From the IMG/VR virus record IMGVR_UViG_3300036852_000195, positions 1 to 58,838 of that record: a stretch of 58,838 nucleotides of DNA; one strand, given 5' to 3'. The stretch comes from a virus. The position numbers and the translations under genes were made by a program. Shown one piece after another: positions 8,195 to 15,585 of this stretch (positions are counted from its first letter, which is position 1; each line of letters starts with the position of its first letter). The notes under the pieces are model-generated. The model made no database searches. It saw only the letters and a list, made by a program, of their open reading frames with translations, and was not told the origin of the DNA.

Positions 8195-8223
8195 AATATA
8201 TCTAAAACTTTTCTTTTTGTCAA
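8195..8223 (-). promoter_or_regulatory. Near-consensus sigma70 promoter (TTGACA-17-TATATT) for the ncRNA unit
   Basis: Minus strand reads tatTTGACAaaaagaaaagttttagaTATATTgatattg. The tRNA-like element starts about 8 nt after the predicted TSS. Confidence 0.75.
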
Positions 8224-8263
8224 TATACGAGTAAAATGATCGAAACAAACTCAGGAGAATTAC

Positions 8264-8671
8264 ATGACAACCAAAAAATCAATCCCGTTGCCCGCCACCC
8301 CGATTGATCTAACAGGCAGAGAAACCAATCTTCAGCGCGCGGCAAAGCGTTATCCCAGAGAACCGATCATGGCAAACCAGCGCGGCCAATTGGCACTGAA
8401 CTTTATTCACGAGTACCGCCGTGTAAAGGGTTACAGTCCCAAGTATGAAGAAATTGCTTTAGGCGTGGGTTATGCAGACACAGCAGGCGGGACGGCGTTC
8501 ACTCTGATTCAGCAGTTGATAGACGAGGGTTGGTTGAAGGGCGAAAAAGGCATTGCTCGATCCGTCATGCCGCTGCGCCCGCCGACAGAATTGTACTGCG
8601 AAATCACCGACCCAGATTTGAAAGCGATTGCCAAAAAGCAGCGCAATCTGCGTATCCTGCGGAGGCTGTAA
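8264..8671 (+). CDS. LexA-N-terminal-like winged-helix DNA-binding protein (no peptidase domain)
   Basis: QLALNFIHEYRRVKGYSPKYEEIALGVGY...TLIQQLIDEGWLKGEKGIARSV resembles the LexA DNA-binding domain. RBS is caggag. Confidence 0.55.
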   Translation: MTTKKSIPLPATPIDLTGRETNLQRAAKRYPREPIMANQRGQLALNFIHEYRRVKGYSPKYEEIALGVGYADTAGGTAFTLIQQLIDEGWLKGEKGIARSVMPLRPPTELYCEITDPDLKAIAKKQRNLRILRRL

Positions 8672-8880
8672 TGGCGCGCGATACTGAACTGACTCTGTAC
8701 ATTCGTTGCAAGCTGAATGATGAATATTTTCAAGACTGGAACGACCTGTCACCTGAATTGAAAGCGTTCTGGGATGAGCCTGAAAACTCTTGCGAGTGTG
8801 AAGGAACGGGCGAGATGAGTATGTGGTGCAATGGTTGCCCATTCTGCACTATTTTTGAAATTGAAACGGAGGACATTTAA
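8671..8880 (+). CDS. Small Cys-rich (zinc-finger-like) protein
   Basis: Starts at an internal ATG with TAATG coupling to 8264..8671. Contains a CECEGTGEMSMWCNGCPFC motif. Confidence 0.5.
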   Translation: MARDTELTLYIRCKLNDEYFQDWNDLSPELKAFWDEPENSCECEGTGEMSMWCNGCPFCTIFEIETEDI

Positions 8881-9272
8881 TGGCGCAGCACAAACCCAAA
8901 AACGAACTTGAGGAAGCCAAAGAACGCGAGGAGAAAGCCCGTCGCAAATACTTCAAGGAAAAACGCGAGAAGCAACTTAAGCGTCGGACGGGATTAACCC
9001 GCAAGAATCAGCAGCTATTTTTGCGGGGCGTTAAAGTTGCATTGGCTGAAACCCCGGTACTCATCCGTGAACGTATCTATCGCAAATACATGGGCAGGCA
9101 TTCACGACGGACGGGTGCGCCCAAATGCGACAATATTCACTTTTCAATCTGGCGTTACACCTTCCAAGGTGACAACGGAACGATCTATTCAGTGCTGCAA
9201 GGCAAAGTGTTTGATGCGGATAACGGACACTGTGTATCTGTGACCGGATTTTGGGGCTTAACCCCGGCTTAA
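8880..9272 (+). CDS. Hypothetical protein with a highly basic N-terminus
   Basis: 130-aa ORF with TAATG coupling and a K/R/E-rich N-terminal 45 aa. Confidence 0.5.
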   Translation: MAQHKPKNELEEAKEREEKARRKYFKEKREKQLKRRTGLTRKNQQLFLRGVKVALAETPVLIRERIYRKYMGRHSRRTGAPKCDNIHFSIWRYTFQGDNGTIYSVLQGKVFDADNGHCVSVTGFWGLTPA

Positions 9273-9338
9273 AACAGCCCTATTGTAAAATAAATGTTTT
9301 CGTTGTAAGCTTGTCTCAGAAGAAACAGGAAAGACAGC

Positions 9339-10178
9339 ATGAATCCAACGTTCTACCTACGGGACACACTAAGCGAAAACGGATACGGTTGCATCCACCA
9401 CATGGATAACGATCTGATCCTACGCGCCCCAACGGGTAAACGGATTGCGATCCTGTATCTGAATGCTGCCATCACTCCAGAACAGATACGGCGTATCTTC
9501 GCATTCGATGGTCACGTGCTGTTCATCGTCAACGAAAAGCTGATTCCCAGCGAAATCAAATCCAAGCAGGAAACCCCGATGTGGCTGCGGGTGCTGCATG
9601 GCCTGTACATGGGCAGGGTATACGTCTGGAACGGGCGTTATCTGTTCGGGCTGCACTTTGACTATGACACGGGCGACGTTTCCGAGTCGGGTATCATCCA
9701 GCCCAACGAATTGATACTGATTGAAACCGGGACGTGGCTGCAAGGCTGGCCGGGGAAATACAAGCTGGCGCGGTTCTATGATAGGGCATGGTGGTTAGAC
9801 AAAGCCGATGAGCGCTATCAAGACACTTGGACGCCGCCTGAAGATTCGCCCAATGGGAGAACACCCAGCAGCCGCCAAGCTTACGAGCAGGCGCGCGATT
9901 CGTATTGGGAGCAGCAGCGGGCGCGCGAACAGGCGCACCAAGAAACGTTTTACGCGCACGGACAAACATCTTCCGGCGAAACCATATGGGGCAATAAGCC
10001 ACCACCAAAATCAGCGCAGCCCGATTTCATGACGCAGTTTGCCCGCGCGGGAAGCAAAGACGCTATAAAGACATTGTACAAACAACTTGCCAAACAATAT
10101 CATCCTGATCTCAACCCTGGTGTGGATACGACTGAGATTATGCAGCAGGTGAATGCTGCTTATGAAAGGTTCAAGTAA
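9339..10178 (+). CDS. J-domain (DnaJ-like) protein
   Basis: C-terminal AIKTLYKQLAKQYHPDLNPGVDTTEIMQQVNAAYERF carries the HPD tripeptide. Confidence 0.7.
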   Translation: MNPTFYLRDTLSENGYGCIHHMDNDLILRAPTGKRIAILYLNAAITPEQIRRIFAFDGHVLFIVNEKLIPSEIKSKQETPMWLRVLHGLYMGRVYVWNGRYLFGLHFDYDTGDVSESGIIQPNELILIETGTWLQGWPGKYKLARFYDRAWWLDKADERYQDTWTPPEDSPNGRTPSSRQAYEQARDSYWEQQRAREQAHQETFYAHGQTSSGETIWGNKPPPKSAQPDFMTQFARAGSKDAIKTLYKQLAKQYHPDLNPGVDTTEIMQQVNAAYERFK

Positions 10179-10333
10179 TGCGAAAACTGGCGTGGATTAT
10201 GAAATTCATCACAGCGGCGGCGTTCGTGTTGATGTGTTTCCGCATCCCTGCGCCGTGGGGCGGTATCCTGGGCGTGGTGCTGTTGATCTTCACGAATAAG
10301 GCGCTGGAAGCGATGCTGCGTTATAAAAAATAA
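10178..10333 (+). CDS. Small membrane protein (51 aa, below the track cutoff)
   Basis: Hand translation gives MRKLAWIMKFITAAAFVLMCFRIPAPWGGILGVVLLIFTNKALEAMLRYKK. TAATG coupling. Confidence 0.4.
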   Translation: MRKLAWIMKFITAAAFVLMCFRIPAPWGGILGVVLLIFTNKALEAMLRYKK

Positions 10334-10350
10334 ACGCGGATTGAGTAGGC

Positions 10351-10379
10351 TTTACAACCTGCAAAATCCGCGCTATGAT
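10351..10379 (+). promoter_or_regulatory. Sigma70-like promoter (TTTACA-17-TATGAT) with a structured leader
   Basis: TTTACA at 10351-10356 and TATGAT at 10374-10379. The leader holds two hairpins (CTGCTCA/TGAGCAG and GCGGCGG/CCGCCGC) before the ATG at 10457. Confidence 0.55.
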
Positions 10380-10456
10380 TGACTCATCTGCTCAAGAAAT
10401 GAGCAGCGGCGGGTGACACCGCCGCTTAGACACTTACACGAAAGGGACTCGCGTAA

Positions 10457-10666
10457 ATGAATACCACGTATTCTACTCCAAATGCACCCGAAAATCCAGA
10501 CGCAAGCGTTAACGATACATTAAATTCTCGTTGGCGTTACTTTCGTTCGCTAGGTGGCGCAATGCTCCTGGCGTGTTTTGATTCTGCGCCAGTGGAAGAA
10601 AATCCCTATTTCATCGAAATTGACCGAATTGAATATGAGCATCTTTTGAAGGAACTTGAATCATGA
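10457..10666 (+). CDS. Hypothetical protein
   Basis: 69-aa ORF, first gene after the promoter and leader. Confidence 0.5.
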   Translation: MNTTYSTPNAPENPDASVNDTLNSRWRYFRSLGGAMLLACFDSAPVEENPYFIEIDRIEYEHLLKELES

Positions 10667-10920
10667 CCGACTTAACCCAACGTCAGAAAGCAACGATTGA
10701 TCGCCTGCTGATTGAACATCCGACTATCACCCCGACAGATGTTCGATCCCATTACGAGCATTACTACTTTGCCCGCAATTGGTTTGTGTGGATTGAGATT
10801 GAACCCAATCACTACAATTTTGATACCACGATTACCCGCTGCGATCACTCATATACGGCAGCGGTTAAAGCACAGGCTATTCGGCGCTACATTGAAGAAC
10901 GTCAGGCGGCGCAATCATGA
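10663..10920 (+). CDS. Hypothetical protein
   Basis: 85-aa ORF with ATGA coupling on both sides. Confidence 0.5.
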   Translation: MTDLTQRQKATIDRLLIEHPTITPTDVRSHYEHYYFARNWFVWIEIEPNHYNFDTTITRCDHSYTAAVKAQAIRRYIEERQAAQS

Positions 10921-11759
10921 CCGAACAGCCTACACGCTGGCAAATTTTCACGGGCGCTAACCCGACAGTTGAGCGCATTATTCCAGACCTTGCTGTTGAA
11001 ATCGGCCTGAATGAAAGCATTATGCTGATGCAAATTGCATTCTGGATCAACGGCAGCAACAACATCCGTGAAGGGGTTTACTGGACATATCACAGCGTCC
11101 GCGAGATGCATAAAAATTATTTCCCCTATTGGAGCATTGCCACCATTCACCGCACGATTAAAAATCTTGAAGAACAGGGTTACATCCTGATCGGTGAATT
11201 CAATAAGCGCAAAAACGACCATACGCAGTGGTTTGCACTTGAACCCGATAAATTGTCCACGTTGAAATCGGTGCTGATTGCGCCCGCTTTGTCAAGTTTT
11301 GAGGGGAAGCCGTTTCAAAATGAAACACCCCCGTTTCAAAATGAAACGACGTTACCTAAGAATACTACTAAGAATAAGAAAAAGACTATATCGCCATCCG
11401 GCGATGCGCAGTCTAATTCAAAACCAAAGGCGGAACGCCCGCGCAACCCGATATTCGATGCGGTGGCGCTGGGCAGTTTCGGCCTGAGCAATGTCAACGG
11501 CGATAAGACGATTGGCGCGATGGTCGGGAAGATTGTGAAGCTGCTCAAAGATCAACCGGATTTGACGGCGGAACGGATCGAACAATTTTATAGCTGGTAT
11601 GCCCGCGAAAACAAGAATGCCGACGCGCCGCGCGATGCCAGCAAGTTCTGGTCATGGTGGTTGAAGTTTGTAGCATCCGGCACGGGCGCAAATGATCCGT
11701 TTGCGTCTTTGGACACGGAAAACATTATTGGCGGCAAGCCCTGGGAGGCTCAATCGTGA
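10917..11759 (+). CDS. Replication-initiator-like winged-helix protein (DnaD/replisome-organiser style)
   Basis: N-terminal wHTH-like ESIMLMQIAFWING...SIATIHRTIKNLEEQGYILI. Contains internal iterons and lies immediately upstream of the primase-helicase. Confidence 0.45.
   Translation: MTEQPTRWQIFTGANPTVERIIPDLAVEIGLNESIMLMQIAFWINGSNNIREGVYWTYHSVREMHKNYFPYWSIATIHRTIKNLEEQGYILIGEFNKRKNDHTQWFALEPDKLSTLKSVLIAPALSSFEGKPFQNETPPFQNETTLPKNTTKNKKKTISPSGDAQSNSKPKAERPRNPIFDAVALGSFGLSNVNGDKTIGAMVGKIVKLLKDQPDLTAERIEQFYSWYARENKNADAPRDASKFWSWWLKFVASGTGANDPFASLDTENIIGGKPWEAQS
11312..11347. repeat. Two copies of the 15-bp palindrome GTTTCAAAATGAAAC spaced 21 bp (candidate iterons/origin)
   Basis: Copies at 11312-11326 and 11333-11347, inside the initiator-like gene, where they encode PFQNETPPFQNET. 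Confidence 0.6.
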
Positions 11760-11872
11760 CGACTTTAGACATACTGGACGCAGGGCAATCGGTTTGTATC
11801 AGCAGCGCGGCGGTTGGATTGCTGCTGTTGTTCGTGATGTTAGTTTATTTGGCAAATAGGGGGAAACGATGA
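11756..11872 (+). CDS. Micro-ORF, hydrophobic peptide (38 aa)
   Basis: GTG start overlaps the upstream stop. Peptide is ..SVCISSAAVGLLLLFVMLVYLANRGKR. Ends in ATGA coupling. Confidence 0.35.
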   Translation: MTTLDILDAGQSVCISSAAVGLLLLFVMLVYLANRGKR

Positions 11873-11967
11873 GTGAAATCACAGCCGCAATTCTATTGGG
11901 TATCGTGCAAATCGGCATTTTGGTTTTAATTGTGCTGGAACTGGTTCGCTTGTGGAGAACACGATGA
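11869..11967 (+). CDS. Micro-ORF, hydrophobic peptide (32 aa)
   Basis: MSEITAAILLGIVQIGILVLIVLELVRLWRTR. ATGA coupling at both ends. Confidence 0.35.
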   Translation: MSEITAAILLGIVQIGILVLIVLELVRLWRTR

Positions 11968-12059
11968 ACACGTTAGACGCAATTTTGATCGTTCTGTGGG
12001 CGGCATACGGAATAGCCTGGTTGGTTGTGGCGATTCTGAAAATAAGGGGGAGTAAGTGA
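11964..12059 (+). CDS. Micro-ORF, hydrophobic peptide (31 aa)
   Basis: MNTLDAILIVLWAAYGIAWLVVAILKIRGSK. Overlaps the GTG start of the primase-helicase. Confidence 0.35.
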   Translation: MNTLDAILIVLWAAYGIAWLVVAILKIRGSK

Positions 12060-13945
12060 ACACGGGCGAAAAGGTGCTGGCGTATCTAGCAGGGTATCAA
12101 CTCAAACCGGAAGGACCGGGCAAGTGGCGGTCAAATTCTCCGCTGCGCCCAGGCTCTAACTCACATTCGTTCACGCTCAAGATTGAGTCGGATGGGGAAC
12201 GCGGTGTTTGGGATGACCATGCAGGCGGCGAAGGCGGGTCACTGTATAACCTGTGTGACCGCCTGAACATCGACTATGAACGCAAGCCAGCGGGCGGGCG
12301 TAAGCCTGTGGACAACAGCAAACGTGCCTATCATAATTTGGCGGAGTATGCGCAGTTGAAAGGGGTTCCAGAGCAGGCTTTCCTGAATGCGAAGTGGAGC
12401 AAAGAACCTGTTACCTACGGCAAGCGACCTGCGCTCCAATTCCCAACGGCAGGCGGGACACGTTACCGCTTTATTGACGGGCAATCACCCGCGTTTATCA
12501 GTCAATCGGGCTATAAAGCCTGTTGGTACGGGCTGAAACCCGCTGCTGCGTTCGCACGGGAACACGAATTGCCGCTGATTCTCTGCAATGGTGAACCGAG
12601 CGTGGTCGTGGGATTACACTGGCGCATTCCAGCCTGCGCCATCACGGGCGGCGAATCACCCACGTTCCCAGACGCGCTGCTGGCCGAACTAAAAGCTATC
12701 TGGACGGGTTCGATCCTGATTGCAATGGATTGTGATGAAGCCGGACGCAAGGCCGCAGCGGGCAAAGCCAAGATTTTGCGGGCGGCAGGCTACACGGTGG
12801 CGGTGATCGACCTGGGGCTGGATGACAAGGGCGACTTAGCCGATTTCTGCAAGCTGTATACCGACAGCGCCCTGGACACGCTGTTAGCGCTCGGTCAGGA
12901 TGCCTCAAATTCAAACGACAAGGGGGCAAATTCAAGCGCAGCGCCCGACTTGGCACAACTGCTCAAAGAACTCACAGCAGCCCGCCGCAAAAACGATTTA
13001 AGCAACACGGCTGGAACCGCTAAATTGCTGGACGAAATCCAAAACGAAGTGGACAAATCACGGCTGGCGAATATGGGACAGGCCATTGTCCCGTTCAGTA
13101 CATTGGTCAACGTGCGCCATAAGCGGCTGGATGCAGCGCGGGCGAACCCCAGTCCGATACAAGGGCTGCGCAGCGGCATTAGCAAGCTGGATGAACTGAT
13201 CGGCGGATTTGTGCCGGGACGGGTGCATACCTTCCTGGGCGATACCGGGATGGGCAAGTCTACACTGGTCGCCACCATCGCCGCGTCATTCGCTGCGCAA
13301 GCCCCTGGTCTGATTATCCCGACTGAATCAATGGCGGGTGATTATCTGGATAAGCTGGTCGCGTTCAAAGCCAATGTACCCTATGACCTGATCGAAACCG
13401 GAACGCTGGCAGAGGATCAGTATCGCGCGGTGATGGCGATGTATAACTGGCTTGAGGAACGGCAGGTGGATATGCTGGACACGCTCAATCCGTCTTCAAC
13501 CAGCATTGGCAGCGCGATCCGCCAGGGCATTAAAACACGCGGGTATCAGTGGATATTGATTGACAGCCTGAACAATCTGGATTCGCTGGTGCATGATGAC
13601 ATTTACGGCAGAACCAGCGAAGCGGCGGATTTCCAGCAGGAATTGGTGCGGATGGGGTTAGTGGTGCTGTCCACGTCGCAGGTTGGGCGCAACATGAAAG
13701 ACCGCAAGAATAAAATCCCTAAAATGGGTGACGGCCTGGGCAGCGGGCGCATTGAGCAGAATGCCGATGTGCTGATGGCCGGATACAACCATCAGTATTA
13801 TGTGGATCAGGGCGATGCAGAATTGAATCCGAAATTCCCGCCTGGGCTGATGTTCATGCGCTGCTTGAAACATCGCTGGCGGGGCACAGCGGGCGGGCGG
13901 TCAACGTTCCTGACGTTCAAAGGCGGCATAGGGGTATATGACTAA
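12056..13945 (+). CDS. Bifunctional primase-helicase (Toprim + DnaB/RecA-like ATPase)
   Basis: Toprim signature: NGEPS...IAMDCDEAGRKAA. Walker A: GDTGMGKST. Walker B-like: WILIDSLNNL. 629 aa. Confidence 0.85.
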   Translation: MNTGEKVLAYLAGYQLKPEGPGKWRSNSPLRPGSNSHSFTLKIESDGERGVWDDHAGGEGGSLYNLCDRLNIDYERKPAGGRKPVDNSKRAYHNLAEYAQLKGVPEQAFLNAKWSKEPVTYGKRPALQFPTAGGTRYRFIDGQSPAFISQSGYKACWYGLKPAAAFAREHELPLILCNGEPSVVVGLHWRIPACAITGGESPTFPDALLAELKAIWTGSILIAMDCDEAGRKAAAGKAKILRAAGYTVAVIDLGLDDKGDLADFCKLYTDSALDTLLALGQDASNSNDKGANSSAAPDLAQLLKELTAARRKNDLSNTAGTAKLLDEIQNEVDKSRLANMGQAIVPFSTLVNVRHKRLDAARANPSPIQGLRSGISKLDELIGGFVPGRVHTFLGDTGMGKSTLVATIAASFAAQAPGLIIPTESMAGDYLDKLVAFKANVPYDLIETGTLAEDQYRAVMAMYNWLEERQVDMLDTLNPSSTSIGSAIRQGIKTRGYQWILIDSLNNLDSLVHDDIYGRTSEAADFQQELVRMGLVVLSTSQVGRNMKDRKNKIPKMGDGLGSGRIEQNADVLMAGYNHQYYVDQGDAELNPKFPPGLMFMRCLKHRWRGTAGGRSTFLTFKGGIGVYD

Positions 13946-14166
13946 TGATTTACACCTATCGCTATGCAAGACGGAAGATTACTGCACACACCTATTTCAA
14001 CGTCCTGGGCGAACGTTACCGCAAGACTGTGGACGCGAAACACGTCACCCGTTATTTCAAGTGGGACGGGAAAACATGGCAATTGTTCAGTTGGGCGAAA
14101 GGGCGGCATATTGAAATGCTGGTGAAGGATGGATACGGGAAACGAAGCAAACGGCAACCAAAATAA
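13945..14166 (+). CDS. Hypothetical basic protein
   Basis: 73-aa ORF with TAATG coupling. Confidence 0.45.
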   Translation: MIYTYRYARRKITAHTYFNVLGERYRKTVDAKHVTRYFKWDGKTWQLFSWAKGRHIEMLVKDGYGKRSKRQPK

Positions 14167-14197
14167 TTTCGCCCAATGGGGGAAGATTGGAGAAACA

Positions 14198-14404
14198 ATG
14201 AAACACGAATTGCAGCATGATTTGTACATACCGCCGCAAGTCTGGATTTTAGCGATTAGCCTGGGGCATATGATAGCAGTCAAGGAAGAATTCCCGACCA
14301 TGTGGGTTGACCTGTCGATTGAGAATATTCAGGCCACGTTGATGTTATTCGTGTATGAGCATAGGCAGTTTTTGAAAGGACTGGATGATGATTTACGTGG
14401 ATGA
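14198..14404 (+). CDS. Hypothetical protein
   Basis: Internal ATG preceded by ggagaaaca. The track ORF begins at 14129. Confidence 0.4.
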   Translation: MKHELQHDLYIPPQVWILAISLGHMIAVKEEFPTMWVDLSIENIQATLMLFVYEHRQFLKGLDDDLRG

Positions 14405-14654
14405 ATTACGAAACTACGGCGACAAGCTAGGCGAATGGTGTCATATGTGGGCGGATAGCGAAGATGAATTGCACAGCTTCGCAAAATCGCTGGGATTGCA
14501 GCGTCACTGGATGCACAGATCATATGGAATTTCAGGCGACTTCAAGCATTACGATTTACGTCCGGGCAAACGCGCAGCGGCTTTGAAGCGTGGTGCGCAG
14601 TTCAAGCCGCTCAAAGATTATATCGCTGAGAGATGGACAAGGGGTGAATCATGA
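14385..14654 (+). CDS. DUF4031-family protein
   Basis: MIYVDELRNYG...WCHMWADSEDELHSFAKSLGLQRHWMH...HYDLRPGKRAAALKRGA matches the DUF4031 pattern. Confidence 0.65.
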   Translation: MMIYVDELRNYGDKLGEWCHMWADSEDELHSFAKSLGLQRHWMHRSYGISGDFKHYDLRPGKRAAALKRGAQFKPLKDYIAERWTRGES

Positions 14655-15199
14655 CTCAATTTCAACACACATTGAAGGCACTGCTGGAAGGGCGCAAAAC
14701 GGAAACCAGCCGCATTGTCAAAGCCAATCAGCTATGGTATCCGAATTTAGGGGTGATCGCTGATTCCGAAGATCACGGATGGAATAATCGCACTGTATGG
14801 GCAATCGGCAAGGATTACGCCATTCAGCCTGGACGCACGATTAAATCAATCGGGCGGTATCGCGTGGAGGCGATCTGGCGTCAGGATGTGCGGACGCTGA
14901 CGGCTGAACAAATAAGCGCAGAAGGATTTTATGCAGCCTGGGGATCACGATGGGATTTTATGCAAGTCTGGATACAGATGCACGATACCGGATATTACAA
15001 TCTTCTTCGAAAACACGCCATGCTTCCCGGCGAAGCTAATCATCCGAGCAGTGAAGCATATTGGGGAACCCGATTGAACGAACGCCTAGCAGAACGCTAT
15101 CAGGCGTGGCGCATGACCATCCAGGTTTTGTGGGATACCGTCGATTGGGATGCGCCAGCGGTGAAAGCTTTACAGATCGAACCGAAAGTGCTAAACTAA
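14651..15199 (+). CDS. ASCH-like domain protein
   Basis: N-terminal TLKALLEGRKTETSRIV resembles the ASCH G-x-K-T-x-E-x-R motif. Confidence 0.45.
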   Translation: MTQFQHTLKALLEGRKTETSRIVKANQLWYPNLGVIADSEDHGWNNRTVWAIGKDYAIQPGRTIKSIGRYRVEAIWRQDVRTLTAEQISAEGFYAAWGSRWDFMQVWIQMHDTGYYNLLRKHAMLPGEANHPSSEAYWGTRLNERLAERYQAWRMTIQVLWDTVDWDAPAVKALQIEPKVLN

Positions 15200-15228
15200 A
15201 AGATAAGTTTTGGAATGGAGCAACCATC

Positions 15229-15585
15229 ATGCGGGAGCGCTTGGGGGATTTGTACGATCCATCGGGACAAGAATCGCACTGCTTCACCGCTCAGTTTCAA
15301 TGCTTTAGCAAGACCGAAGACGGCTCCAACGTGGCGCTGCTGCTGCTAATCCAGCGCAAAGGGCAATTCGTGGCCGATCATGTGTGGATTCATCGCAGCA
15401 AGCAGTTAAAGCAGTTATGCCCTGAACGCGGGGACATTCTGGCGTTTGAAGCGGTGGTTGGGAAGTATCCGCGTAAAGGTGAATCATTCAGCCGGGGCGA
15501 GGATGCTGTGTACGATTTCAGTTTGGAGAAAATTAGGGAAATTCGCATTGTAAATAAGCGAGGAACAATCAGTGAAAACGGCTGA
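15229..15585 (+). CDS. Hypothetical protein
   Basis: Start chosen at the ATG after ggaatggag. The track ORF extends upstream to 15061. Confidence 0.45.
   Translation: MRERLGDLYDPSGQESHCFTAQFQCFSKTEDGSNVALLLLIQRKGQFVADHVWIHRSKQLKQLCPERGDILAFEAVVGKYPRKGESFSRGEDAVYDFSLEKIREIRIVNKRGTISENG

Noticed and set aside
7513-8223. Track ORFs 7513..7836 (-) and 7888..8223 (-), plus plus-strand ORFs 7764..8015, 7954..8169 and 8037..8234, as protein-coding genes
   Set aside because: - None has an RBS.
- The 7888..8223 ORF starts at a TTG inside the -35 hexamer.
- The 7513..7836 ORF reads through the intrinsic terminator into the next gene's promoter and start.
- The region contains tRNA-like folds, so it is interpreted as RNA.
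8264-8671. CI/LexA-type lysogeny repressor implying a temperate lifestyle
   Set aside because: - Only the DNA-binding wHTH is present, with no S24 peptidase domain.
- There is no integrase or partition system, and no divergent cro-like switch that I can support.
- Lifestyle is left open.
11312-11347. CRISPR-like array
   Set aside because: Only two copies of a 15-bp palindrome are present, inside a coding region. There is no spacer-repeat periodicity anywhere in the window.
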